35,847 nt of DNA from Patescibacteria group bacterium (GTDB lineage: Bacteria > Patescibacteriota > Minisyncoccia > Minisyncoccales > UBA10102), in NCBI GenBank assembly GCA_024239055.1, contig JANBVJ010000001.1:259277-295123 (forward strand). The letters are read 5' to 3'. The translations under genes were made by a program, and so were the position numbers. Positions 19,510 through 29,226 of the stretch are shown one piece after another (the first letter of the stretch is position 1; each line of letters starts with the position of its first letter). Under the pieces are notes generated by a model. It worked only from the letters and a program-made list of their open reading frames with translations. It had not been told where the DNA came from and searched no databases.

Positions 19510-19929
19510 TTACTCGCCAAGAAATCTTTTAAAAGCCTGATACTCTTCCATATCACAAAAGTCACTTCTCTTGAGTCGATCATCTACAGATGCCCAAAAG
19601 TAGCTGCTGTGCTCTGGAGAAAGTTTGATACTCCCTGATATGTACTTCCCCTCATATACAATAACAAACACTGGGACTTTACGATTAGCAGATTTACGAT
19701 AGTGAGCAGCAATGGGTTTCCCAATTTTATACTTCACTTTACTCCCCAATTCTTCTTTTACCTCCCGGATCAATATTTTCTCAAGCGGAATATCACCTTC
19801 AATGTTATCAATACGGCCACCCGGTAAATCCAAATGGTCGTCTTTTGTATTTCTCAAAAATAAAAACTTCTTATCTCTTTCCAAAAGTATTTTTAAGGAG
19901 ACCTGGTACTTTTCAAAATCACGGTTCAT
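19510..19929 (-). CDS. NUDIX hydrolase (start 19929 or 19938)
   Basis: LPGGRI..REVKEELG Nudix box; LSPEH. Confidence 0.9.
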   Translation of the reverse strand: MNRDFEKYQVSLKILLERDKKFLFLRNTKDDHLDLPGGRIDNIEGDIPLEKILIREVKEELGSKVKYKIGKPIAAHYRKSANRKVPVFVIVYEGKYISGSIKLSPEHSSYFWASVDDRLKRSDFCDMEEYQAFKRFLGE

Positions 19930-19936
19930 CTTTATC

Positions 19937-20061
19937 ATTCTACCAAAAAACCGCCATTATGGCGATATTTTGTTTTTGTGGACCAAATCGGATTCAGTTG
20001 GAACCAGATTATTGCAGAGCTACAACTCTTCCAAGATCTTGGTTCTTTCACTTATACATAA
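19937..20061. repeat. cassette-junction repeat 4
   Basis: Same module; frame 19978-20061 reads VDQIGFSWNQIIAELQLFQDLGSFTYT*. Confidence 0.9.
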
Positions 20062-20117
20062 ATTACCTTATCAAAAAAGCAAAGGAATCTTTCTTTTCGC
20101 ATTGGAGTGATAGAATT

Positions 20118-20429
20118 TTAAAAAGAGTCAATCATACTTACTCCAAAAGAAACAGGAACAATATTCCTTGGTGGATCAGGAATACTTGGATTTTCTGGAG
20201 CTGTTTTTGGTGTTCGAGAAACTGGAGAAAGAGCAAATCTATCCCTTATTATAAATTTATTCATATCTTTATCATTAGCTATAACTCCTCGAAAATTTCC
20301 TTCGGAATCCCAAACTGTATTACCGTCAACCCAACCTAAATAAACGCCATCTCTTGAAAACACAAAACCACCCTCGATAAACCCCAAGTAATTTCCGTTT
20401 GTTTTGAATATAAATATTATATTACCCAT
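20118..20429 (-). CDS. small beta-repeat protein (4-fold beta-flower-like)
   Basis: Repeated F/W-x-x-x-G-x-Y/F-L-G-F/W units with a Pro-rich tail; overlaps the protease gene. Confidence 0.65.
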   Translation of the reverse strand: MGNIIFIFKTNGNYLGFIEGGFVFSRDGVYLGWVDGNTVWDSEGNFRGVIANDKDMNKFIIRDRFALSPVSRTPKTAPENPSIPDPPRNIVPVSFGVSMIDSF

Positions 20430-21105
20430 TCTTTTCTTCTTCTAAAGTTTTATGCTCAGGAATATAAGAAGCTGGTACTGCATATCCAACGCCAAGTTGC
20501 AGATTTCTTATCAGCGCGGTGTAAATTTCGACAACATCTACTCCGTGTAGGGATAATGCACCAAACTCCATATCTTCTACCTTTTTTAAAATTTTACCCC
20601 TCTCTCTTCCTGTCGCATTAACAACACCTATTACCTCGCCATCTGAATTCATTAAAGGACATCCACTGTTTCCAAGATTAACCGTGCCATCGATAAGATA
20701 TGTAACTACTCCTACTGCATCTTTAGTTATAGCAGAGAGTATGCCTTGATGAGTTATAGGAATTTTAGAATTTAGTGGATACCCAGAAAATACCACTGGC
20801 ATTCCTTCTTTAACTACCGAAACATCCGCAAGTATAAGTGGTTCTATTGTATCATCTTCAAATTTTAAAAGGGCAAGATCGTGCTCATCATCTCGAACTA
20901 CTACTTTTGCATTAATATATTCCCCTTCTGGAAACTTAATGAGAAGAGACTCAGCTCCTCTAACTACGTGATTACAAGTAACTAAAACTCCTTTTTTAGA
21001 AAATACAAAACCTGTACCAGTTCCAGAACTTTTTCCTTTTTTGTTTATAGTAACAACGAGTGCAATACTTGACCTTGTCTTATTTACGGCATTGGAGCAA
21101 TCCAT
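20422..21105 (-). CDS. trypsin-like serine protease (no signal peptide or PDZ domain)
   Basis: TCNHV, DLALL and GNSG catalytic triad. Confidence 0.92.
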   Translation of the reverse strand: MDCSNAVNKTRSSIALVVTINKKGKSSGTGTGFVFSKKGVLVTCNHVVRGAESLLIKFPEGEYINAKVVVRDDEHDLALLKFEDDTIEPLILADVSVVKEGMPVVFSGYPLNSKIPITHQGILSAITKDAVGVVTYLIDGTVNLGNSGCPLMNSDGEVIGVVNATGRERGKILKKVEDMEFGALSLHGVDVVEIYTALIRNLQLGVGYAVPASYIPEHKTLEEEKNG

Positions 21106-21166
21106 ATTTTATACTAACTCATAGTATAATATTATTCAACAATTTCCTCTGTCTATTATAAAAGAG

Positions 21167-21200
21167 ATCATACCAAAAAACCGCCCTAATGGCGATCTTT
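21167..21200 (-). terminator. terminator/promoter module after tRNA-Ala (fifth copy of the repeat arm)
   Basis: Minus strand ATCGCC-ATTAG-GGCGGTTTTTTGGTATGAT. Confidence 0.85.
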
Positions 21201-21208
21201 TGTATTTG

Positions 21209-21282
21209 TGGACCTGATCGGATTCGAACCGATGACCCCTTCATTGCAAATGAAGTGCTCTAGCCAGCTGAGCTACAGGCCC
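21209..21282 (-). tRNA. tRNA-Ala(TGC), CCA not encoded
   Basis: Cloverleaf with G3:U70; anticodon arm CTTCA-TTTGCAA-TGAAG. Confidence 0.97.
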
Positions 21283-21340
21283 CTTCTCTCACATCGTGCG
21301 CACTTTGTGAGACGTGGCCGTACTTTTCACACCAGTACGG

Positions 21341-21417
21341 TGGTGGGCGTGGAAGGACTCGAACCTTCGACCTCATTCTTATCAGGAATGCGCTCTAACC
21401 AGCTGAGCTACACGCCC
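21341..21417 (-). tRNA. tRNA-Ile(GAT)
   Basis: GGGCGTG acceptor stem, CTGATAA loop, encoded CCA. Confidence 0.97.
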
Positions 21418-21436
21418 CAAAAAAGAACTATAAGGG

Positions 21437-21475
21437 ATTATACAAGAAAACAAACCCTTCGTAAAGGGTTGGTTT
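21437..21475 (-). terminator. terminator after 16S, overlapping a TATAAT box for the tRNAs
   Basis: Minus strand AACCCTT-TACG-AAGGGTTTGTTTTCTT, then GTATAAT at 21443-21437. Confidence 0.7.
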
Positions 21476-21606
21476 CCGTTGATTCCTAAAAGTTGTTTCA
21501 ATTCTAGCTCCATAAAATGGAGGGTCAAGACATTTAGGCACTTGACCATGCCATCTGAATCAGTTTAAGAATTCTCATAAACCGATTCGGGTCGACAATC
21601 CAAAAA

Positions 21607-23096
<1,490 letters not shown>

Positions 23097-23297
23097 ATAG
23101 AATTGAAACAACTCTTAAAAATCAACACTAGTGTGTATATTAAGTTTTCAAATAACTATCTCATCTGATTCTATCTCTCAAAACAACTCTCCAAGACATT
23201 CAAATAAACACCTTGGAGAGTGGTCTTCTAAAGAAGATTGAATATCGTTTTTTTTACATAGGTTTGTTAAATAAGCTTAATTATCCATGTATTAATC

Positions 23298-23325
23298 ATT
23301 ATATACATCACAGCACCCTTGTCAA
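23298..23325 (-). promoter_or_regulatory. 16S promoter
   Basis: TTGACA-16-TATAAT. Confidence 0.85.
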
Positions 23326-23333
23326 GAAATATA

Positions 23334-23408
23334 TGGAGCCAGCGGACGGATTTGAACCGACGACCTACTGTTTACAAAACAGTTGCTCTGCCACTGAGCT
23401 ACGCTGGC
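23334..23408 (-). tRNA. tRNA-Thr(TGT)
   Basis: GCCAGCG acceptor stem, ACTGT-TTTGTAA-ACAGT anticodon arm, encoded CCA. Confidence 0.97.
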
Positions 23409-23768
23409 CTACTTTTCTTCCTTTTGAGACTTCTTTCCCTCACGAAGTTGACTCCAATAAGCATCTTTGAATCTACCTTCTTTCTCTTTTGAACGCTCAC
23501 GCAGATTCTCCAACCACGCTGATGTTTTGTTATCTGTCTTGAGAGCCAATACTCTGGTCTTGCTCAAGGCCTTCTGGAGCAACTTCTCTGGCTTTAATGG
23601 CTGCAGCTTCTCTGAATTTGCAAGAGTATCTGTTGCATCAGATATTACTTCTCTTAATCCCCAGTCATCTTTGGGAAGTTCGCGGAGCCGGGAAAGTTTT
23701 GGAAGAACAATACCAAGAATACCTATAAAGCTTACTGCAAGTATAAAAGATGAAACAGGAATAACCAT
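23409..23768 (-). CDS. hypothetical single-pass membrane protein
   Basis: N-terminal TM segment; coupled to the tsf stop codon; its own stop abuts tRNA-Thr. Confidence 0.75.
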   Translation of the reverse strand: MVIPVSSFILAVSFIGILGIVLPKLSRLRELPKDDWGLREVISDATDTLANSEKLQPLKPEKLLQKALSKTRVLALKTDNKTSAWLENLRERSKEKEGRFKDAYWSQLREGKKSQKEEK

Positions 23769-24217
23769 TAGATTTCAAAGCGTGTAAACTGCTGAACTAC
23801 AATGTTCTCACCTAACTTTGCCACCGCTTCATCAACCAAATCTTTCATCTTCTTTGAGGTGTCTTTAATGTAGTCTTGCGCCATTAACTCTTTTACATCC
23901 TCCGGATCCATAGAAGCTATCTGCATGGCAATCTCGTGAGCCAGATATTTAAAGTCTTTTGCGCGGGCCACAAAGTCGGTTTCTGACCTTAGTTCTAAAA
24001 GTACTCCGACCTTGCCAGTAGAATGAATGTATGCTTCCACAATCCCATCTCCTGCTACGCGAGAGCTTTTCTTTCTTGCAACTTTCTTTCCAAGCTTACG
24101 AAGAACCTCTTTTGCCTTCTCTATATCGCCTCCAGCCTCTTTTAAGGCTTTTGCGCATTCAGCATACGAGATACTCGTAGCTTCTCTTAACTCTTTTACT
24201 TTATCTAAATCTGCCAT
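23768..24217 (-). CDS. tsf: elongation factor Ts (short form)
   Basis: VKELREAT, ELRSETDFVAR, KLGENIVV. Confidence 0.96.
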   Translation of the reverse strand: MADLDKVKELREATSISYAECAKALKEAGGDIEKAKEVLRKLGKKVARKKSSRVAGDGIVEAYIHSTGKVGVLLELRSETDFVARAKDFKYLAHEIAMQIASMDPEDVKELMAQDYIKDTSKKMKDLVDEAVAKLGENIVVQQFTRFEI

Positions 24218-24218
24218 G

Positions 24219-24962
24219 CTATTCTTTTTCTTCTTTTTTTTCTTCTTTTGGTTTTATACTTCCCAACTTTTCTTTGATTTGGTCAGCAACATACTTAAGA
24301 GCCAAAATTGCGTCATCATTTGCAGGAATTGCCTCATCCACAATATTGGGATCTATGTTTGTATCAACCAAGCCAAAGGTAGGAATTCCTTTTCTCTTTG
24401 CCTCGCTGGCAGCTAACGCATTCCAATCTACGTCAAAGATGAATACAGCATCTGGAAGCTTTTCCAAACTCTTAATCCCACCAAACTTGGTATCTAATTT
24501 TGATAATTCCTTATCAAAACGGGCTCTGTCTTTCTTTGTAAGCTCCTTGTATTTTTCTCCCGTTTTTTTCTCTTCAAGTTCTTTCAATCTTTCTACGCGC
24601 TTTGTAATGATATCAAAATTCGTGAGCATTCCTCCAATCCATCTTTCTGAAACATAAGGAAAGTTTAACTCTTCAGCCAGTGCTTTTACAATATCCTTTA
24701 CCTGCACCTTTGTACCAACTAAAAGAATTACCTTCCCCTCTTCTCTCAATGTAACAAGTGCCTCTAAAACCTCATTAAGCCTTGCTTTACTTTTTTCCAG
24801 GTCAATAATGTGGATAGTGTTTCTAACTCCCTCAATAAACGGGAGCATATTTGGGTGTGTTTTTGAGGTCTTATGCCCAAAATGCAAACCCACCTCCATC
24901 ATCTCTTTAATCTGAGGGTCTAGGGAAAGTTCTGTAGTTTTTGGTTTAGTATCTACTGCCAT
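24219..24962 (-). CDS. rpsB: 30S ribosomal protein S2 (ATG 24962 preferred as start)
   Basis: GLHFGH, RWIGGMLTNF, VDTN, IPANDDA. Confidence 0.97.
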   Translation of the reverse strand: MAVDTKPKTTELSLDPQIKEMMEVGLHFGHKTSKTHPNMLPFIEGVRNTIHIIDLEKSKARLNEVLEALVTLREEGKVILLVGTKVQVKDIVKALAEELNFPYVSERWIGGMLTNFDIITKRVERLKELEEKKTGEKYKELTKKDRARFDKELSKLDTKFGGIKSLEKLPDAVFIFDVDWNALAASEAKRKGIPTFGLVDTNIDPNIVDEAIPANDDAILALKYVADQIKEKLGSIKPKEEKKEEKE

Positions 24963-25029
24963 ACAAAAATACTCTACCACTAAATAGATGAGGAATCAAG
25001 AACTAAACAATTATTAGAAACAAATCTAT

Positions 25030-25070
25030 AAAAAATGCCCCCAGCTTGCAATTCTGCGAAGCCAGGGACA
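25030..25070 (-). terminator. intrinsic terminator
   Basis: Minus strand TGTCCCTGGCTT..AAGCTGGGGGCATTTTTT. Confidence 0.7.
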
Positions 25071-25091
25071 AAGATTCCCAGAGACAAAGCT

Positions 25092-25736
25092 CTAGGAAAT
25101 AAGGGAGAACACACGGCAGCCTTTTTCATGCAAGGTTCGCTTTATGCTTAGTTGTGCATTCACGATCCAGCCGTCCCAATTCCAGTGGACAAGCACCTCA
25201 TAAAGCCTCCAATATTGATTCTGGATATAGAAGATATTACGCCGATTGTCGTCGTAAGTGAGGAGAATACCTTCTTCGCCATTCTTCTGGAGCTCCATGA
25301 GCGCGAATACCATGCCGAGTGTAGTCTCAGCATTTTTATCAAGCTTTTCCAAAATTGAATCGTTAGACCAAGCTGACTCCGTAAGTTCTGAGTAACGAAT
25401 CGTAGTCTCTGGCATTGGATCCTCAATCTTGTCAAGGAAGAATTCTGAGAAGTCGCTCATTATCCGAGGAATCATTACCGGGGTACTTCCTGGTACGAAT
25501 TTTTCTCGTACTATAAATGGCTCTATAGCCGCTGGGAGTGTGGCGATGCCGATGTGATCAAAAACCAGCGGGATGAGTCCAAGAAGCTTCCGGAAATCAT
25601 CTCGATTAACCACCTCAGTGTTTCCATCACGAAGATCGGCCAAGAGTCCAGATTTAACCAATGCCTGAATTTGCTCCCGAGGTGTATCTTTAAGTAACTC
25701 CAGAATCTTTCCTGCCTGCTTAAGGGTTGCATCCAT
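25092..25736 (-). CDS. hypothetical protein
   Basis: 214-aa ORF with AGGAGG upstream and its own terminator; no family recognised. Confidence 0.75.
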   Translation of the reverse strand: MDATLKQAGKILELLKDTPREQIQALVKSGLLADLRDGNTEVVNRDDFRKLLGLIPLVFDHIGIATLPAAIEPFIVREKFVPGSTPVMIPRIMSDFSEFFLDKIEDPMPETTIRYSELTESAWSNDSILEKLDKNAETTLGMVFALMELQKNGEEGILLTYDDNRRNIFYIQNQYWRLYEVLVHWNWDGWIVNAQLSIKRTLHEKGCRVFSLIS

Positions 25737-25896
25737 TGCAAGTCCTCCTTTTTTTTGGGTGTCGCCTTTCAGCGGACCCTTATTAAGTGCTCACGCAGCC
25801 CAATTTAGACCTGCTGCGTTCATACTACCTTTATCAAAATTTCTTCATTCCGTCAAATAGTTGATTACCATTAAAGAACATGGTAAGGTATTTCAT

Positions 25897-26124
25897 ATGA
25901 AAAAGGATATTCATCCAACATATTTTCCCAAGGCAAAAGTGAAGTGTGCATGCGGAAACACTTTTGAGATGGGAGCTACAAAAGAACTTATTGAGATTGA
26001 GGTATGTTCCACATGCCATCCTTTCTATTCTGGAGGAGCAAGAAACTTAGATAAGGTAGGCCAGGTACAGAAGTTCCAAAAACGAATGGAGCAAGCGCAA
26101 AAATCAAAGAAAAAGAAGTCATAA
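25897..26124 (+). CDS. rpmE: 50S ribosomal protein L31 (Zn-binding type)
   Basis: [21 protein letters not shown]. Confidence 0.97.
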   Translation: MKKDIHPTYFPKAKVKCACGNTFEMGATKELIEIEVCSTCHPFYSGGARNLDKVGQVQKFQKRMEQAQKSKKKKS

Positions 26125-26125
26125 A

Positions 26126-27154
26126 ATGGAATTAAAAGAAGCCAGAAAAGAATTTAATACTCTCACAGAACAGCTCGGAGACCCCGAGCTGCTTTCAAAC
26201 TGGAAAAAGTTTCAAGATATATCAAAACGGCGTGGATATTTAGAAAAGATAGTAAAGAAAGCAGAAGAACTGGAAGAGTTGAACCAGAAACTTGAGGAAT
26301 CAAAGCAGATTATTTCGGCAAACGAAGACGCAGAACTACTTTCTATGGCAGAGCAAGAGTTAACCTCATTAACGGATAAACAAAAACAGGCAGAAAAAGA
26401 ATTAGAGATATTGCTAAAAGGAGAAAATGAATCCCCTTCTTCCTTAATTATGGAAATACGTCCTGGAACTGGAGGTGAAGAAGCAGCTCTCTTTGCCTCA
26501 AACCTCTATACTATGTATCTCAGATATTCGGAAAATCAGGGATGGAAGACAACCATATTAAACCTTTCCAACACCGAATTAGGAGGAATAAAAGAAGTTT
26601 CCTTTGAGATTAAGGGAAAAGAGGCTTTCGCAAAACTCCATAATGAAGCTGGAGTACACAGAGTACAAAGAATACCAGAAACAGAAAAACAGGGACGAAT
26701 TCATACGTCTACCGCTTCCGTAGCCGTGCTTCCTGTGGCTCAAAAAAAGCAGATAGAAATAAAGACAGACGATATTGAAATTGATACATACCGGGCTTCT
26801 GGAAAAGGAGGGCAGAACGTAAACAAAAGAGAGACTGCAATTAGAATAACCCACAAACCATCAGGCATTGTGGTGACCTGCCAAACAGAGAGAAATCAAC
26901 TAAAGAATAAGGAAAATGCTTTAAATATTCTATCTGCAAGACTTTTAGAACAACAGGAGTCAGATACATCTTCTCAAGTTGCATCACAAAGAAAATCCCA
27001 AATTGGAAGTGCTGAAAGATCTGAGAAAATAAGAACATATAATTACCCTCAAGATCGCATCACCGACCACAGAATAAAGAAATCATGGCACGGTATGGAA
27101 CAGATACTTGGAGGAGGCTTAGACGACATCGTAAAAGAACTTGCGAAAGTATAA
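26126..27154 (+). CDS. prfA: peptide chain release factor 1
   Basis: PET anticodon motif, [18 protein letters not shown]. Confidence 0.96.
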   Translation: MELKEARKEFNTLTEQLGDPELLSNWKKFQDISKRRGYLEKIVKKAEELEELNQKLEESKQIISANEDAELLSMAEQELTSLTDKQKQAEKELEILLKGENESPSSLIMEIRPGTGGEEAALFASNLYTMYLRYSENQGWKTTILNLSNTELGGIKEVSFEIKGKEAFAKLHNEAGVHRVQRIPETEKQGRIHTSTASVAVLPVAQKKQIEIKTDDIEIDTYRASGKGGQNVNKRETAIRITHKPSGIVVTCQTERNQLKNKENALNILSARLLEQQESDTSSQVASQRKSQIGSAERSEKIRTYNYPQDRITDHRIKKSWHGMEQILGGGLDDIVKELAKV

Positions 27155-27247
27155 AGAACCAGGTAAGTTAAACAAACTCATTTGATTTTTTGAAAAACCT
27201 TGGTACAATAATTTTGCTCTTTTCAAACTGAAGTTAAGGAAAGATAC

Positions 27248-27853
27248 ATGGAAGGTAAAATCCGCTGTATTGTGTGTAGTTCTCCTGAAATCAAATTCTA
27301 TACAAAAATAGAAGATGATGCGATAGAGGACATCATACTCTCCTGCAAAAATGAACATGAACGTAGTATTAAGGACTACATAGAAAAAGGTGCTATATCT
27401 AAAAAAGATGCAGGCATCTTAGCAGGGCAAGCTCAAGAAGGCATAGAACTGATTCGCGAGGCGCGCAATAGACCATTTCGCGCATCCGATTTAACAGCAA
27501 ACTCTGAAGTAATAGCGCAAGGATGGCCATGTGTTCGCTGTAACAATCTAGCTGAATGGGCACCACCAGGAAACACTAAAAAACAAAATAGGGCTTTGTG
27601 TCTTCCGTGTCGTGCTAATTGGATGTCATGGGGACGGAAGAAAGAAATCTCTGCCCCAGGTAGAACTCACGGTAGGCCAGCAGATTTATTCGGAGAAATA
27701 CAGTTCCAGCGCTTTCTAAACAACACAGACCCTATTGTGGACGAAGCTACAGAACTTCTCTTGGAAGACTGCCGGGATCAAGCCAAGCGTTCAAAAAACT
27801 CCGACGAGGAGTTTGTAAAGAAAGCCTCAAAAGACCCTAGATATACATCCTAA
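27248..27853 (+). CDS. hypothetical Cys-rich (possibly Zn-binding) protein
   Basis: CIVC, CxxxH, CVRC, CLPC motifs. Confidence 0.7.
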   Translation: MEGKIRCIVCSSPEIKFYTKIEDDAIEDIILSCKNEHERSIKDYIEKGAISKKDAGILAGQAQEGIELIREARNRPFRASDLTANSEVIAQGWPCVRCNNLAEWAPPGNTKKQNRALCLPCRANWMSWGRKKEISAPGRTHGRPADLFGEIQFQRFLNNTDPIVDEATELLLEDCRDQAKRSKNSDEEFVKKASKDPRYTS

Positions 27854-27862
27854 GGTCTTTTT

Positions 27863-29212
27863 TTATTCCTCAAGTGTCTTGATATCCTCCTCGTACCTAT
27901 TGGCAATTGCTCTCACGCTATCTCCGTAGAACTCATACGCTATCTGGTTCTTACGAGAACAGTTTCCAGAAAAGTAGGATACCGCAGCACACCATTCAGC
28001 TCCATATAAATCTCTGTTTGCACCCAAATCCACAAGGTATACAGCAGAAGCTAAAAATGAATCACTTACATTCCAAGGATCGGCTGGTTTACCTAAAATA
28101 TCCTTGAATTCATCTCTATAAGCCATCCATGTGGAAGGAATGAACTGTGCTGGACCCATAGCTCCGCCATATCCATAACTTAATGGACAGGAAACCGCAG
28201 TGTTTAATGGGTCGCGTCCCAGCTCTCCGGTAATCTCCAAAAATGGCTGAATATCACGGCTTGGTTTCATGACACGTGATCTGGCAATACCCGTTGCAAC
28301 AACTACACCGCTTCCGTTAGAGGTATTCTTTAAATAGCACCTCCCAACGTTTTTCCCTAGATTAGATTCCTGTGTTAAGACAGCCAAGAGAAAGGCAGGA
28401 CGAATACCTGTTTGAGATGAAACAACATTTGCTATATCTAAAGCTTCTCCAAAAGTAGGAGCTTCTGGAACTCCAATCAATTCAAAGATACGTGAGCGAA
28501 TCTCAGCTGCCTGCTTTTTTTTATCAAGCAATAGCTTTTGATATTCCGACTCCTGGCCTTTTGTAACCTCAAGAAGATTTTCTGACTGGCTCTGTGCTGA
28601 TTTGGATTCTTCTTTCTGCAATAGGCTAATCTTTACCAAATACTCCTCATCTACTTTTTCTGACTCTAAAGCCTGTTTCTGACCTCCCAAATACTCATAC
28701 AGGGCCTCAATATCAAAAAGAAGATCTTTATTCTTTTCATTGATGGCTTGCAAAGCCATTAAGTTATCAAAAAAGTCAGAAAGCTGATCCCCCACTAGTA
28801 GAACTTCCAGCTTTGTCTTTCTATCTTCCTCGTAAATACGCTGTAGAATCTTCCCCAACTGCAGACGTATATCCGCTATATCTTCTTGTGTCTTTATAAT
28901 AGATTCTGCGGTATCGTCAATCTGAACCCTGAGGTCATTAATTAACCTATTTGACCGATAAATCTGCAAGTCCAACTTTCTAATCTTATTTTGCAAGATA
29001 TAAATCTCATTCTGTAAGGACTTTTTTTGCTGTTTAGTAATTTCAATATTATCCTCATACTCCTGAATCTCTCTTTCCAAACGCTCTAGCTCCTCTTCTA
29101 AAGATTGGCGCTCTTGTTGTTGAGTTTGAGCTGAAACAAAAGCATCTGGAATAAAAAATCCAGATACAATCAAGAGTAGAATGATAATCTTGAATACGTT
29201 CCTCCGTACCAT
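27863..29212 (-). CDS. secreted coiled-coil protein with C-terminal lytic transglycosylase (SLT_2-like) domain
   Basis: Signal peptide, long heptad region, QESNLG, GAMGPAQFIPSTW, DPWN. Confidence 0.88.
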   Translation of the reverse strand: MVRRNVFKIIILLLIVSGFFIPDAFVSAQTQQQERQSLEEELERLEREIQEYEDNIEITKQQKKSLQNEIYILQNKIRKLDLQIYRSNRLINDLRVQIDDTAESIIKTQEDIADIRLQLGKILQRIYEEDRKTKLEVLLVGDQLSDFFDNLMALQAINEKNKDLLFDIEALYEYLGGQKQALESEKVDEEYLVKISLLQKEESKSAQSQSENLLEVTKGQESEYQKLLLDKKKQAAEIRSRIFELIGVPEAPTFGEALDIANVVSSQTGIRPAFLLAVLTQESNLGKNVGRCYLKNTSNGSGVVVATGIARSRVMKPSRDIQPFLEITGELGRDPLNTAVSCPLSYGYGGAMGPAQFIPSTWMAYRDEFKDILGKPADPWNVSDSFLASAVYLVDLGANRDLYGAEWCAAVSYFSGNCSRKNQIAYEFYGDSVRAIANRYEEDIKTLEE

Positions 29213-29226
29213 AAGAACTTAAAAAA

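Noticed and set aside
17000-21200. Repeats as a CRISPR array or integron attC sites
   Set aside because: The spacers are gene-sized, there are no cas genes, no RYYYAAC/GTTRRRY-bounded palindromes are seen, and the repeat matches the tRNA-Ala end.
21208-21489. 93-aa + strand ORF
   Set aside because: Antisense shadow of tRNA-Ala and tRNA-Ile.
23213-23470. 85-aa + strand ORF
   Set aside because: Antisense shadow of tRNA-Thr and the 16S promoter.
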